A DNA stretch of 64,000 bases, taken from the NCBI GenBank assembly GCA_004431415.1, contig QPMI01000015.1, forward strand, positions 62,001-126,000. The letters run 5' to 3'. The translations under genes and the position numbers were made by a program. The first letter of the stretch is position 1; the number at the start of each line of letters is the position of its first letter. This DNA comes from Cyanophora paradoxa CCMP329 (lineage: Eukaryota > Plantae > Glaucophyta). The notes under the pieces are model-generated. The model had not been told where the DNA came from. It saw only the letters and a program-made list of their open reading frames with translations, and did no database searches. Below, one piece after another: positions 46,921 through 58,900 of the stretch.

Positions 46921-47235
46921 CCGCGGGGGCCTCCCGGAGTCCCCGGTGGCGCCTCGCCCCCCCCTCCTCCTTCGCCGCCCTCCTCCGCCGGCCCCCGCCG
47001 GCCCGCCCGGCCGCACCCCGCCTCCCCGAGGCCAGCAAGGCCAGGGACACGTATTGCGGTCGGAATCGAAGGCTTCGTGACAGGAGGCCGATAGTGCAGG
47101 CATCTAGATCTAGATCTGACAAGAATCTAGATCTTGGGACAGAGAAGTAGATCAGGCTAGAGCTAAACAAAAAGCTAAAAGATGAGAGCCGCCGCATTGG
47201 ACAAGAACAAGCTTAAGAACGAGAATTAGAAGTAG

Positions 47236-49309
47236 CTATTGCGCTACAGATTCAAAATAAATCCCCGAATAGCTGACGCGCGACGGCGAGATGCCGAGGG
47301 CCTGCGCCAGCGACGCCTTTGCCCGCTCGGCGTCTCGGGCCACGGACTCCTGCGGCTTGGACCGGTACTCCCTGGCCAGAAAGAAGTCGACCTGCTGCAC
47401 CATCAGCCCACGCCAGCGGGTCAGGGCCGGCGGGAAAACCCGCAGATCTCGAGCGCAGCCGGCGAAGGCGGAGAGGCGATCGAGCAGGCCGCCCTCCAGA
47501 GCCGCCTCGCCCACGACGGTCCAGAAAAAGAGGTCGCGCGGTGGGGCGGCAGCAAGCTTAAGCGCCGCGGCGGCCTCCGCGAGGTGCGGGGACGCCGGGT
47601 CGACCCCCATCCGGAGCGAGAGGACGCGCCCGCGGGCCGCGCGGGCCAGCGCCGCGAACGCTTCGAGAGCCAGAGGGGGTGGCAACCCGTTTAGATCTGC
47701 CTCGCCCTCAGACGGGGTAGGGGCGGGGCGGGGTGGAGCGGGCAAAGGCGCACAGACGCTCAGCTCCAGGCCGGGAAGGGAAGGCGACCGCTCGAGGGCA
47801 GTCGCAAGGCCGTAGAATACTTGGATCGCCGTAGAATGGCTCAGCTTGCCTGCCCCGCGCGCGTTCTTAGACGGGGCGGGGCGGGGCGGAGCGCGGCGCG
47901 GAGCCTACCGAAGTTCAGCGCGAGGTAGGCGAGGGACGGAGACCGCTCGAGGGCAGCCGCGAGGCCGGCGAGGCGGGCGGCGAGCGACGCGGAGCCGGCA
48001 TCATTCTCAGGGCCAACAAGCTTGAACAGTGGCCCCAGGCTTCGGAGCGCCGGGCAGGACCCCAGAGCAGCCAGATCGTCCTCTCCCACATCCGGGTCCA
48101 GCTGCGGCGCGGGCGGGAGAATTGAGGCGGGACGCACGGGCGGGCGGGGGCGGAACAGGGCGGGCGGGCGGACTTGGAAGTAAAGGGCTGTGAGACGCTC
48201 GAGGGCTGCGAGGCGCGGTAGGGCGCGCAGAGCGGCCCCGGAGAGCGGACAGCCGGGCCGCCCCTGAAACCACAGCCTGCTCGTTGTCAGGCGAGGAAAG
48301 GGAAACGAGACTTCAATTGCGTGCGCACTCTTTGAGGGAACGCGCCGCGGGGCCGGAGGCGAGGCCCTCGAGCAGAGATTCGATGGCCAGACGCTCTGGT
48401 ACATCAGAATTGGTTTCTCCCACGTGTAGAACCTCCAGGGAACGCAGGGCGGCTAGTTTTCCAGCGGCCTCAACGCTAAGATAACCGGCTTCGACCTGCC
48501 GTGAGGAGGAGAAGTTCTTAGCACACACCACGAGCGAGAACGCGCGCGAGGGCGCGGAGGGGAGCGCGGACCCGCTTGAGGCGCGGGAGGCAACGGGCGA
48601 TCGCGCCCGCCGCCTGCCCGTCGACGCACCAGTAGGCTGGGATGGAGAGGTTCTCCAAGTTGGGGAAAGGGCGGAGAAGAGGCTCCAGGTGGGGAAGCTT
48701 GCCGAAGCCTGCATGCGCTGAAGAAGCCGCGTTTATGTACCGAAGGCTTAAGCTGCGGAGCGCGGGACAGACGGAGGAGCCCCGCGGCACGAGGGCGCCG
48801 AGCACTTCGCTGAAGTAGAAGCTCTCGAGCTCGTCGGCGCCGCCGCTGACGAAAAAGCGGTGGAAGACGACGCGTACGTCGTCGAGCGCGCCGCTCGCCA
48901 TCACGAACGCCTCCACGAGAGAGCAAGCGATCTGGTTCCAGCTCGCCATCTTCTTTACATCTGATCCTTCGGGCTCTCGCATCTCCAGGCACAGCGACGC
49001 GCCGCGAGAGACGTGTATCCACCGCCCGCTCGAGTTCGCTCCGCGGTTCTCGCCGTCAGCTTCGATCAAAAGACGCTCGAGGCACTTTGCGCCCTCCACA
49101 CTGGACGCGCTGACGACCACCCGGCTCCAGAGCACAGCCTCGGCCGCCGCGCGCCAGCGCTTGCAGACCGCACGCGCGGCGGCTGCTGCTTGCAGGCCGA
49201 TGCTCTCAAAGATTTGAGAGAGGAGCGCGTCCGGCAGCTGGTCAAATGGCGACGACTGTGCCGTGGCGGCCAAGTCGAGCGCCAGCGTCTCTCCCTCGCT
49301 CGCCGGCAT
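47236..49309 (-). CDS. F-box/LRR-like protein, paralogue B (multi-exon)
   Basis: SPFDQLPDALLSQIFESIGLQAAAAARAVCKRWR F-box; LRR-like CPALRSLSL and FPNLENLSI. Confidence 0.8.
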
Positions 49310-49429
49310 CGCGTGCGCAGAACCGATCGCCGCACGCGCTGAACGCGACACTACAAGTCTGCAACTGCGACGGAGGCTGGCGGAGCAAGCGCAGCAGCTT
49401 CAAGCGCAGCTTGAAGCGCTGGCTGCTGG

Positions 49430-50500
49430 GGTACGCAGATCCAAACGCATCATGTTCCAGGTCGCCGCGAGCCGCTCCGCGGCGCCGTCGTCCCACGGTG
49501 CCACGAGCCAGCCCCAACGACCCAAATGCAAGCGCGCCGCCGCAGCCGCCGCGCGCAGCTGGCTCGGCAGCCCCGCGCAGCTCTCGTGGTCGGCCTGCGT
49601 GGCGGCCCATGGTCCAGTTCGTTCGGTGGCACCGGCGCGCGCACATGTCGTCGCGGCGGGCGATTCGCGCTTCGCAAGTCACGCCTGCTCGCAGGTCGCG
49701 TTTCCAGGGTCGTGCGAGTACGCTTGCTGTTTTGACGGGACAGAGCCGTTGCGGCGACACCGCCTCAGCGGCCGCCGGCACGCGTCAGGTGCGGCCCGGC
49801 CTCAAGATCTAACGGGTGCGCCCGTCCCGTAGTCGCCGCGGCGTGCGCTTCTGACGCCTTTGGAGAGGTCCGGAAGGCAAGCTGCGGGCGGGAGCGGTCG
49901 GGGCGTCCACGGGGGCCGGTCCCTGAGCTCGAGCGGGCGCCGGCGTGGCGGGCGGGCGGGACCTATGCGGCCGCCGCGCGCTCATGACAGCTGCTCAGCG
50001 GCTTTCCTCGTGCACACCGGTGCGCTTGCAGCCTGCCCCACCGCCACCCGTTCTCCCCTGCCGTCGCTGACGCCCGCCCGGCCAGCGTTTTCGGTGTACC
50101 CCTCCACGGCGGCCCCGCAGGGACCCGCCGGCCTCGCCGTCGGACTCGCCGTGTCGCCCCCGTTCCAAAGAGGTGCGGCACGCCGGGGCGCGGCGTGATA
50201 AGATAGGGTACCCCCCCTCGCCCCCGACGCCGACCTTCGCCCCAGGACCCCGTTAAACTTCCCCCCGCCCCTCTCGAGCGTGGCGAATCCGATGGTGCGC
50301 CTCTCGCGGGCCGCCGGCGCGCGCTCGACAAGATCTCACGCACCCCGCCGGCCCTTCGCTCAGGTACCCCCGAGCTTTTGGGGCCGGCGCCTGCGCCGTC
50401 GGAGCGCGGCCGGCCACCTTTAGCGCGGCGTTGGACTTCGCCGCCATAGGCGCGTGCGGCCTGCTGGCGGCATCCGTAGTACGTGTTCTCGCTCCGCTCA
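49430..50500 (+). repeat. Segmental duplicate B: orphan SufE transit-peptide sequence (ATG 49452) plus shared downstream block
   Basis: MFQVAASRSAAP...ARSWLGSPAQLSWSACVAAHGPVRSVAPAR nearly matches the SufE N-terminus, then diverges. Confidence 0.85.
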
Positions 50501-51032
50501 GCCGGGCCAGTCCGCGGCCACGGGGGCTTCCCCCTCCTCCTCCCCCCCCTCCCCCTCCGTGCCGCTTGGAGACCGCCCGGCTGGCCCCGAGCTGCCCCCG
50601 CCGGTCCTTCCTCGACCTGGCGCCCGGTTAGGTATGTGCCTCCGCCCTCCGCCCTTTGGGGCCGCCTGGCCGCAACGAGTGGCTCCCACCCCCCCGGCCC
50701 TCCCCCGACCTGCCGCCCGGCCGCACGACCCCCGCCGGCCTCCTCTTCCGCCCCGCGGCTCCGGTCGCTCCTCCGATCCCGCTTCGAGGCCGCCTGGCCG
50801 CCCCCGCCCCCGCGTGGCCCTGCTGGCCCTCCCCCAGCCTGGCGCCCGGCGGCCACCCCGGCTGTCCCCCGCGCGCCTGCCCTTCCATCAGGCTTGTGTA
50901 CACGTATTAACATTGTATAATCCGAAGGCTTTTTCGCAGGGCATCTGCCAAGTAGAGCTACGGAGACCCGAGAAGACAGAGACGACTCAGGGGCAGGGGA
51001 GCTGCCTCGGGCAGAGGCACAGTACTAGTCGC

Positions 51033-52940
51033 CTACCCCCCAAGTACCTCGCTGTACCTCGCAACTGCCGACGGCATTATCCCCATGAACCTGACGCACG
51101 ACGCGGGGATGCCGAGGGCCCCCCTCAGCGAGGCCGTCACCCGCTCAGTGTCTCGATGCGTCGACTCCTGCGGCTTGGACCGGAACTCCCTGGCCAGGCC
51201 GAAATTAACCTGCTGCAACATCAGCCCACGCTAGCTTTAGCGGGACAGAGCTGGCAGGCCGGGCGGACCTGCAGGTCCTGGGCGCAGCCGGCGAAGGCGG
51301 AGAAGCGATCGAGCAGGCCGCCCTCCAGAGCCGCCTCACTCACGACGGTCGAAAAGGAGAGGCGGCGGAGCGGGGCGGCGACCAGCGCCGCGGCGGCCCC
51401 CGCGAGGTGCGGGGACGCCGGGTCGACTGTCATCCGGAGAGAGAGGCGCCCGCGGGCCGCGCGGGCCAGCCTCTCGAACGCCGCAAGAGCCGGTTCAGGC
51501 GGCAATCGCGCTGCCGCGTCCTTAGGATCTGAAGATGTGGAGTGCGAAAGAGGGCCGCGCACTGAGGGCCAACACGAGGTCAGCGAGGGATGGAGACCGC
51601 TCAAGGGCAGCCGCGAGGCCGGCGAGGCGGGCGGCGAGCGACGCGGATGCCGCAACGTCCATGGGCGATAGGAAGATCTTGTCCAGGCTCCTGAGCGCCG
51701 GGCACGACCCCAGAGCGGCGAGCTCGTCCTCCCCCACACTGGAATCGAGCTGCGGGCCGGGGAGAAGGGGATCGAGGCGGGTCGAGGCGGGTCGCGCGGG
51801 CGGGGGCGGGCTCGGGGCGGGGGCGGGCGAACCGTGAAGCGGGCCGCGAAGCGCTCGAGGGCGGTGAGGCGCGGTAGGGCGCGCAGATCGGCACGGGAGA
51901 GCGGACCGTCGCACACGTACAGCCTGCGGGGTGTCAGGCGCTGGTATATTAACGGGGAGCAAGATTGAAAGCGTTCGCACTCCTTGAGAGAACGCGCGGC
52001 GGGGCCGGAGGCGAGGCCCTCGAGCAGAAGTGTTGTGTCCTGCGGTTGATTGCGGAGCGTTCTGTTCACGCGCAGAACCTCCAAGGAGGGAAGGGCGGCC
52101 AGGTTCCCAGCGATACCGCTGTGCACATAGCCGATATCGACCTGCCGTGCGACGTTCGTTGTTGGCCTCGCGATCGCAGAACGCGAGCGGGCGCGCGAGG
52201 GCGCGGAGCGGAGGGGAGGCGCGGACCCGCTTGAGGCGCGGGAGGCACTGGGCGATGACGTCGGCTGAGGGCCCGTCGACGACCCAGCAGGTCAAGGAGA
52301 GACTCTCCAGGTTTGGGAAGGGGCGCAGGACGGGCTCGAGCTGGGGAAGGACGACAGCCACGAAGACGGCGACGGATCCGGGCGTGCTGGTCTCATGGGA
52401 GAAGCTGCGGAGCGCCGGACAGGCGGAGGAGCCCGGCGGCACGAGGGCGCCCAGCAGACCGCCGAAGTCGGGGACGCCCAATTCGAGACCACGTATGACG
52501 ACGTCGCCGAGGCCGCCGCTCGCCGACGTGAACGCCGCCACGAGCGAGGCAGCGACCTGGAAGCAGCCGCTCGGGTACAAGCTCCAAACCAAACCTTGAT
52601 AATGCTGATCACCCATGCTTGCTCCCTTGAACTGCACGCGCAGCGACGCGCCGGGAGCCACGCGAATCCATCGCCCGCCCTCGCCATCCGCTTTAACCAG
52701 AAGACGCTCGAGGCGATTCAATTTCGCTTCGCTGGACGCGCTGACGTCCACCCGGTTCCAGAGAACGGCCTCGGCCGCCGCGCGCCAGCGCTTGCAGACG
52801 GCTCGCGCGGCGGCCGCTGCTTGCAGGCCGTTGACCTCGAGGATATGTGAGAGGAGCGCTTCGGGCAGCCGGTCGAATGGCGACGACCTCGCCGCGGCGG
52901 TCAAGTCGGGCGCCGGCGCCTCTCCCCCGCTCGCCGGCAT
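51033..52940 (-). CDS. F-box/LRR-like protein, paralogue C (multi-exon), head-to-head with SufE
   Basis: SPFDRLPEALLSHILEVNGLQAAAAARAVCKRWR; collinear similarity to paralogue B through EAALEGGLLDR.SAFAGCA. Confidence 0.8.
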
Positions 52941-53069
52941 CGCGTGCGCAGAACCGATCGCCTCACGCGCTGAACGCGACACAACAAGCCTGCAAATGCG
53001 AGCGAGGCTGGCGGGAGCAAGCGCAGCAGCTTGAAGCGCTTTGCTGGGGTACGCAGAATCAACCGCATC

Positions 53070-54342
53070 ATGTTCCAGGTCGCCTTGAGCCAGCCCCTGA
53101 GTGTCCGCTCTGCGGCGCCGTCGGCCCGCGGCGCCATCTGCACCGCGAGCAAGCCCCAGCGGCCCAAGCGCGCCGCGGCAGCCGCCGCGCGCAGCTGGCT
53201 CGGCAGCCCCGCGCAGCTCTCGTGGTCGGCCTGCGTGGCGGCCCATGGTCCAGTTCGTTCGGTGGCACCGGCGCGCGTGCCGCGCGTGTTGGCGGCGGGC
53301 GAGGTCGTCGCGGCGGGCGGCATGAATCTCACGCCCCAGCTGGAGACGATCGTGGAGTCGTTCCAGATGGTCCCGGACCCGAAGATGCGGTACCGGCAGC
53401 TTCTTTTCTTCGCGAAGGAGCTCGCTGGGTGCCCCGAGGAGGTCAAGAAGGAGGAGAACAAGGTCATCGGCTGCGTCTCGCAGGTGTGGATCGTCGGCTC
53501 GCTCGACGCCGAGGGGAACGTGAGCTACGTCGGCGACTCCGACTCGGAGCTGACGAAGGGCCTCGCTGCGCTCCTCATCCGCGGCCTGAGCGGCAACAAG
53601 CCGGCCGACATCCTCCGCGTCAGCCCGGAGTTCGTCAAGGAGCTGGGCCTGAACCAGAGCCTGACGCCATCCCGCAACAACGGCTTCCTGAACATGCTCA
53701 AGCGCATGCAGCGCATCGCGGTCGAGCTCGCGGCCGGCGACGGCGGCTCCAGCAGCGGCGGCGCGGGGGCGGCGGCGGCGGCGGAGCCCGCGCCGCAGGC
53801 GGCCCAGGAGGAGGAGCAGGACGACGGCACCGTCTACTCGGCGATCCGCCGGAAGGCCCGCCCCGCCCCGCTTCGCCCGCCCCGCCCCGCTGTGCCCCGC
53901 AGCGAGCGCCGCTGACGCGCGCGGCGCGCAGCTCACGGCGGCGCTGAAGCCCGCCAAGCTCGTGATCCATGACGAGAGCGCGCAGCACGCGGGGCACGCC
54001 GGCGCCCGCGGCTACAACGGCGAGAGCCACTTCCGGTGAGCCGCGCCGCCGCTCGCAGCTAGCCCTCTGGGGCGCCGCTCGAAGTGGGCGCTGAGCGCGT
54101 CTCAGGGTCGAGGTCGTCTCTGCCGAGTTCGAGGGCAAGAACGCCGTGGCGCGGCAGCGGATGGTCTACCAGGTACGCTCGGCGGAGGATGCTTAAGATG
54201 GATGATTAGGGGTTCAAGATAGAAGATCTAAGGATTCTCGCCCTCGAATCTCACCCTCTTGCGCCAGGTCCTCGCGGACGAGATGCGGGAGCGGATCCAC
54301 GCCCTCGCCCTCTCCACCAAGACCCCCGCCGAAGCTGCGTAG
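53070..54342 (+). CDS. sufE: Plastid-type SufE-BolA fusion with transit peptide; exons 53070-53855, 53932-54035, 54106-54172, 54268-54342
   Basis: SufE motifs VIGCVSQVW, DSDSELTKGL and LTPSRNNGF; spliced BolA DESAQHAGH...ESHFRVEVVSAEFEG...RQRMVY...IHAL; exon phases are consistent; intron 1 is GC-AG. Confidence 0.93.
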
Positions 54343-54562
54343 TCCCGGGTACAGCGAGAGCCTCGGGCTCGGCTTGGTCACGAGCTTGAGCTTCAAGGCT
54401 TCGACTCTGATTCAGTGAATAATAACATAGCACATGATACGTTTCTGCATGGGACCTTACTGCCTGTCGGGGAGAGAGGGAAGCGGGCCCGGGGGCTGTA
54501 CATGGGCCGGGGGGTACCGGAGAGAAAGGAGGAGGAAGGCTAGGGGCCGGGCGGCTAGGCGG

Positions 54563-55793
54563 CTAGGCGGCGACGGACTGGGGCCGGGGGAGAGAGTCGG
54601 CGGGGTCCACGATGACGTACCCGTCGGCGTCTACGGGCAGCGGGGCCGCCTGGGCAGCGCCCCTCTGGAGGGCGTGGCCCCGGCCCGCTCGCGGGGCGGG
54701 CGCCAGGACGCCCTTGAGGCCCGCGGGAGAGCTCGAGGCCGCCCCGTTCTGGAGCTCCGAGGCGGAGGGGGAGAAGAGGGGGACGGGTACGCCCGAGACG
54801 AGCGCGCCCTCCACCGCCGCCTTCGCGATCTGCGTACCCGGCTCAGGGGGGTACTCGCGTCGCGTCGGGGCCGGAGGGGTACGCGCCTTCTGCACGATGA
54901 GGGGCTGGAACCCGGCGACGAGATTCTGGAACCAGAGGGGGATCCAACCTGATGGGGGGTACACAATCAGATAACGCGCGAGGGGGGTACTAGGTATCCT
55001 CGCACCCTTGAAGTCGGCGTGGGAGATGAAAGTGACTGCGGAGACGGAGCCGAAGGGTTTGATCACGAAGCCAGTCTGGAAGACCTCCGCACGTACGACG
55101 CCCTGCGCGAGCCGCGGCGCTCAGCGGCGCGATGGCGCGGACGAGCGCGGGCGAGGCGGGCGGCGGGTCCGACCTCTTCCTCGGGCACCAGGTGGTCCGC
55201 CTCATCGGGCGGCAGGCTCTTGCAGAAGATGACGTACGTGTCGCTTTCGGGGTAGTGCCGGTACGTCTGCAGCGTCACCTGCGCCGCGCCTTCAGCGGCG
55301 CTCAAAGCGGCGCGCTCGGTCCGCGAAACGAACCATATCTCGTGCTGCAACGGGGAAGCGGCCGGCGTACTTCGTGTAGACGTAGCGCGTGTGCGGATCG
55401 ACCGTCTTCACGACCGAGGCCTCCTCCAGATTGCGGGACCATTCTTTCCACCGCGTCGGCTGCCACGCAATCGGAAAGACTGCGCGGGGACGAGTCGAGG
55501 CCGGCCGCGCGGGGCGAAGCGGCGCGGCGGCCGCAGGGCGTCTAAATTCATGTCACCGCGCCGCGGCCGCGCGGCGGCGGCGGCGTGGCGAGTGCGTGAG
55601 GACGGCGCGAGGCTCAATTACCTCGCTCGGGGCACGCCTGGGCGACGCCGACGCCGCGCACGCATGTGAGTGAGCTGGATTGCTCCTCGACGTCTATTCT
55701 TCTGGACGTGAGGACGCCCCGGCGCTCCCCGGTCTCCTGCCACGCCGTCGCGTCCTCCGCCAGCCTCCTGAACCGCTCGATCTCGCCCTCCAT
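54563..55793 (-). CDS. START (StAR-related lipid transfer) domain protein, multi-exon
   Basis: WQETGERRGV, FPVAARD, YVIFCKS, GVVRAEVFQTGFVIKP, VTFISHADFKG|GWIPLWFQN motifs. Confidence 0.82.
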
Positions 55794-55938
55794 TGCAGCG
55801 CCGCGCTGTCCGCTGCTCGTTGTGCGACAGGTAGTTGAGCGCCTCGACTTTTTTTTGCACCGGGGTAGAGGCGTGCCGGCGCGAACCACCTCGCTCGAGG
55901 GTAGATCGCGAGGTTCCTCGGACGCCGCGAGCGCGGCC

Positions 55939-58900
55939 ATGGACCTCGAGGTTGCGATTCGGACAGTGCTGGGGGCGCCGCACTGGTCGCCGCAGCTCGT
56001 GCACCAGGCCTTGAAGGAGCTGCGATCGCTCGCACTCCCCGGCGGCACATTCCTCATCCGGAGCTGCGAACCCCAGCTCTTCCCGGCCCTCGAAGCGCTC
56101 CTGCACGACACGCGCTTCGCGGGGCGCGCCGATGCCGCGGCGGCGCTGGGGACCTGTGGCGCGGCGCTCCAGTACGAGAGCTACCGATTCGTGGCGTGGC
56201 TCGTGGAGGCCACGAAGCGCTCGCCGTTCGCACGCAATCTCTACCTCGCCGCCCTGCGCGAGGTGCGCTCTCCCGCCCCAGCCCGCCCCGACGAGCGCGC
56301 CGCGGCTCACGCCCATCCGCGCCGCGCGCCAGTTCATCGAGGTGTGCGACGAGCGGTGGATGCAGCCGCAGCTCGGCACGCTCAGCGCGGCGATCGACGG
56401 GATGCTCGGCGAGTTCGAGGAGTACGAGCTCCTCCCGAGCCTCTTCGCCTGCCTGCGGGGCCTGGCCGCCCGCTTCCCCGCCCGCGTCGCCGAGCGGCTG
56501 GACGCCCACTGCGAGCTGCTCTTCTCGTGGCTCCTGGACCCGCGCACGCCGCCCCGCCTCGCCCGCGGGGTACTGGACGGCCTCCCCTCCCTCGGGCGCT
56601 CCGTCTGGGGCGAGCACGTGCAGTACGCGTCGGCCCTCGCCGCCCGCCTCCTCTCCGATCTCGAGGCCTCCGCCGCCCCGCCCGCCCGCCGCGCCCCGGG
56701 CTCCGCCTCTGGCCCGAACGCCTCGCCGACCCCCCCCGGGGCCCCGCCCGATGCTCGGGACCTCGCCCCGGCCCACATTCTCATGCGCGCCGTCGCGAGC
56801 CTCGCGGCGGCCGTCGGGCCGGCCCTCCTGCTGCCCGTGCGGGGCGGCGATCCCGCCCTCCTCCCCCGGGCCGTCGAGGCCGTCCGCCGCGCCGCCGCCG
56901 CCCCCGCCACCCGCGACCGCGACGCCCCTTCCGAAGGTCCGCTCCGCGCCGCTCGACTCGCGAAGCTACGCCTCGCTTCGGCTGACGGGGGCGCAGCGGG
57001 CCGGGCGCTGGCGGCCCTGGCCGAGGCCCTGGGCCCCGCGTTCGCCCCGCAGTACCCCACGGCCGCCGCCTGCCTCCTCGCGCCCCTCTCCGAACCGGCG
57101 GCGGCTTTGGCGGCCTCCTCCTCCTCCGGCGGCCTGCCCGCCTCCACCTCCGCCTCCTCCGCCTCGGCGCCCCACCCCGCTGTGCTGGCCTCGCCCTCGG
57201 GGGCCGGCGGGCCCCTCGACGGCGCCCGCGCCGCCGCCGCCCTCGACCTCCACTTACGGGTACGAAAATCCCTCTCCGCTCCGCTCCGTTCTTTCTGTCT
57301 GTTCCGACCCGCCCTGCAGGTCCTGAGGGCGCTGGGCCCGGCGCTTCCCGAGGCGGCGGCCTCCTCCCTCCTGGGCCCCGCCTCGCCCCTGTGGCCCCTC
57401 TGCAGCCACCCGCAGCCCCGCATCGTCTCCGCCGCCCGCGCCACCGCCTCGGCCCTCGCCGCCAGCGGCTCGCCCGAGGCCGCCCCGCGCGCCGCGGCGC
57501 TCCTGGCCGCCCGCGCCTGCTCCCCTTCGGCCCCGGATCCCGAACGCCTCGTCGCACTCGCCGCCCTCGCCGCTTCCTCTGCCCCGGACGGCCAGGCCGC
57601 CGCCGCCGGCCCCTCGCCGCCGCCGCCGCCCGCCTCGCGGCCCTCGCCTCCGGCGCCCCCGACGCACCGGAAGGTTCCGCTACCCCCGCCGCTCCCTCAT
57701 CATCCTCCGAGCCGCAGGGCTCCTCTACCCCACGCGCCGTCGCCCCCCTTCGCCCCGCGGGTCCCCGCGGGCTCCTCGGAGCCGCCTCCCCCGCCCCGGC
57801 GCCCTCACTCCCCGCCTCCCCGCCCCCCCGCCCCGCCGCGTCCCCCTCCCGCAGCCCTACCCCCGCCGCTCCTCCCCCCCCGTCTTCCCCCCCCGCGAGC
57901 GCGGCGGTCCGCCTGGCCTCTCTTCGCGTCCTCCTCCTATCCCTGTACCCCGCCGCGTCCCGCGCCTGCTCCCAGGACCCCGAGGCGGCTTCCGCCCTCG
58001 CGCGCGCCGCGGAGGGCGCCGCCGCCGCCGCCCTCGCCGCCTCCGCCTCCTCCGCGGCCAAGCTCACGGCTCTTCAGTTTCTCGAGGGCCCTTCCTCCGC
58101 GCCGGCGGCGCCGGCCCCGCTCCTCGCCGCCGCCGCCCGCCTCGCCTCGTCGGACCCGGAGGCATCCGTCCGCGCCCGCGCCGCATCCCTCCTCGCCGCC
58201 CTCGCCGCCCGCGGCGCCCTCCCGCCCCGCCTCGCCTCCCGCGCCGCCCGCGCCGCGCTCCTCGGGTGCGATTTTGTTCGCCCTTCCCGTACCCCCCTTC
58301 TTCGCCGAACTTCGTGCGCAGGCTCCTGGACTCGGACGCGGCGGCGCGCTCGGCGAACGAAGCGCTCCTCGCGGCGCTGGCGGCGTGCGCGGCCGCCGCG
58401 CTCGCCTCGCCGCGGCCCGGCGGGCCGACGGGGAAGGGCCCTGGTGGCGCCGCCCCCTCCTGGCCCTCCCGTGGGCCCAGCCCCTTCGCCCCGCCTACGT
58501 CCACCGCGCCCTCGCCGCCCTCCGCCCCGCCTCCGCCTCGGCCTCCGCCGCCGCCTCTGCTCCGTCTCTCGTCTCGGCCCTCTACCGTCCCTACCGCTCC
58601 GCCCGCGCCCTCGCCGCCGCCGCCGCCGCGTCGCCCCGGCCGAGGGCCCCGCCCTCTCGGCCCTCGGCCCCGCGGGGCGCGCCTCGCGCGACGCGGGGGA
58701 GTTCTGGGCCTCCTGGGAGCTCGCGCGCGCGCTCGTCGCCAACCGCCTGCGTACCCCCGCACGGCGGCGCGCCCGGGGCCGGCCCGGCGGAGACGCTCGA
58801 GGCGCTGGAACGGGCCCTGGCGGCCCTGGCCGAGGGCAGCGCCCACGCAGAGGGGGGGGAGGCCGCGCAGCAGCAGCCTGTACCCTCCTCGCCCTCGCCC

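Noticed and set aside
57590-58800. SMG1 as a pseudogene because of frame changes in GC-extreme exons
   Set aside because: Conserved motifs persist in order on both sides; indel errors in C-runs or unrecognised short introns are more likely, though reads are needed to confirm.
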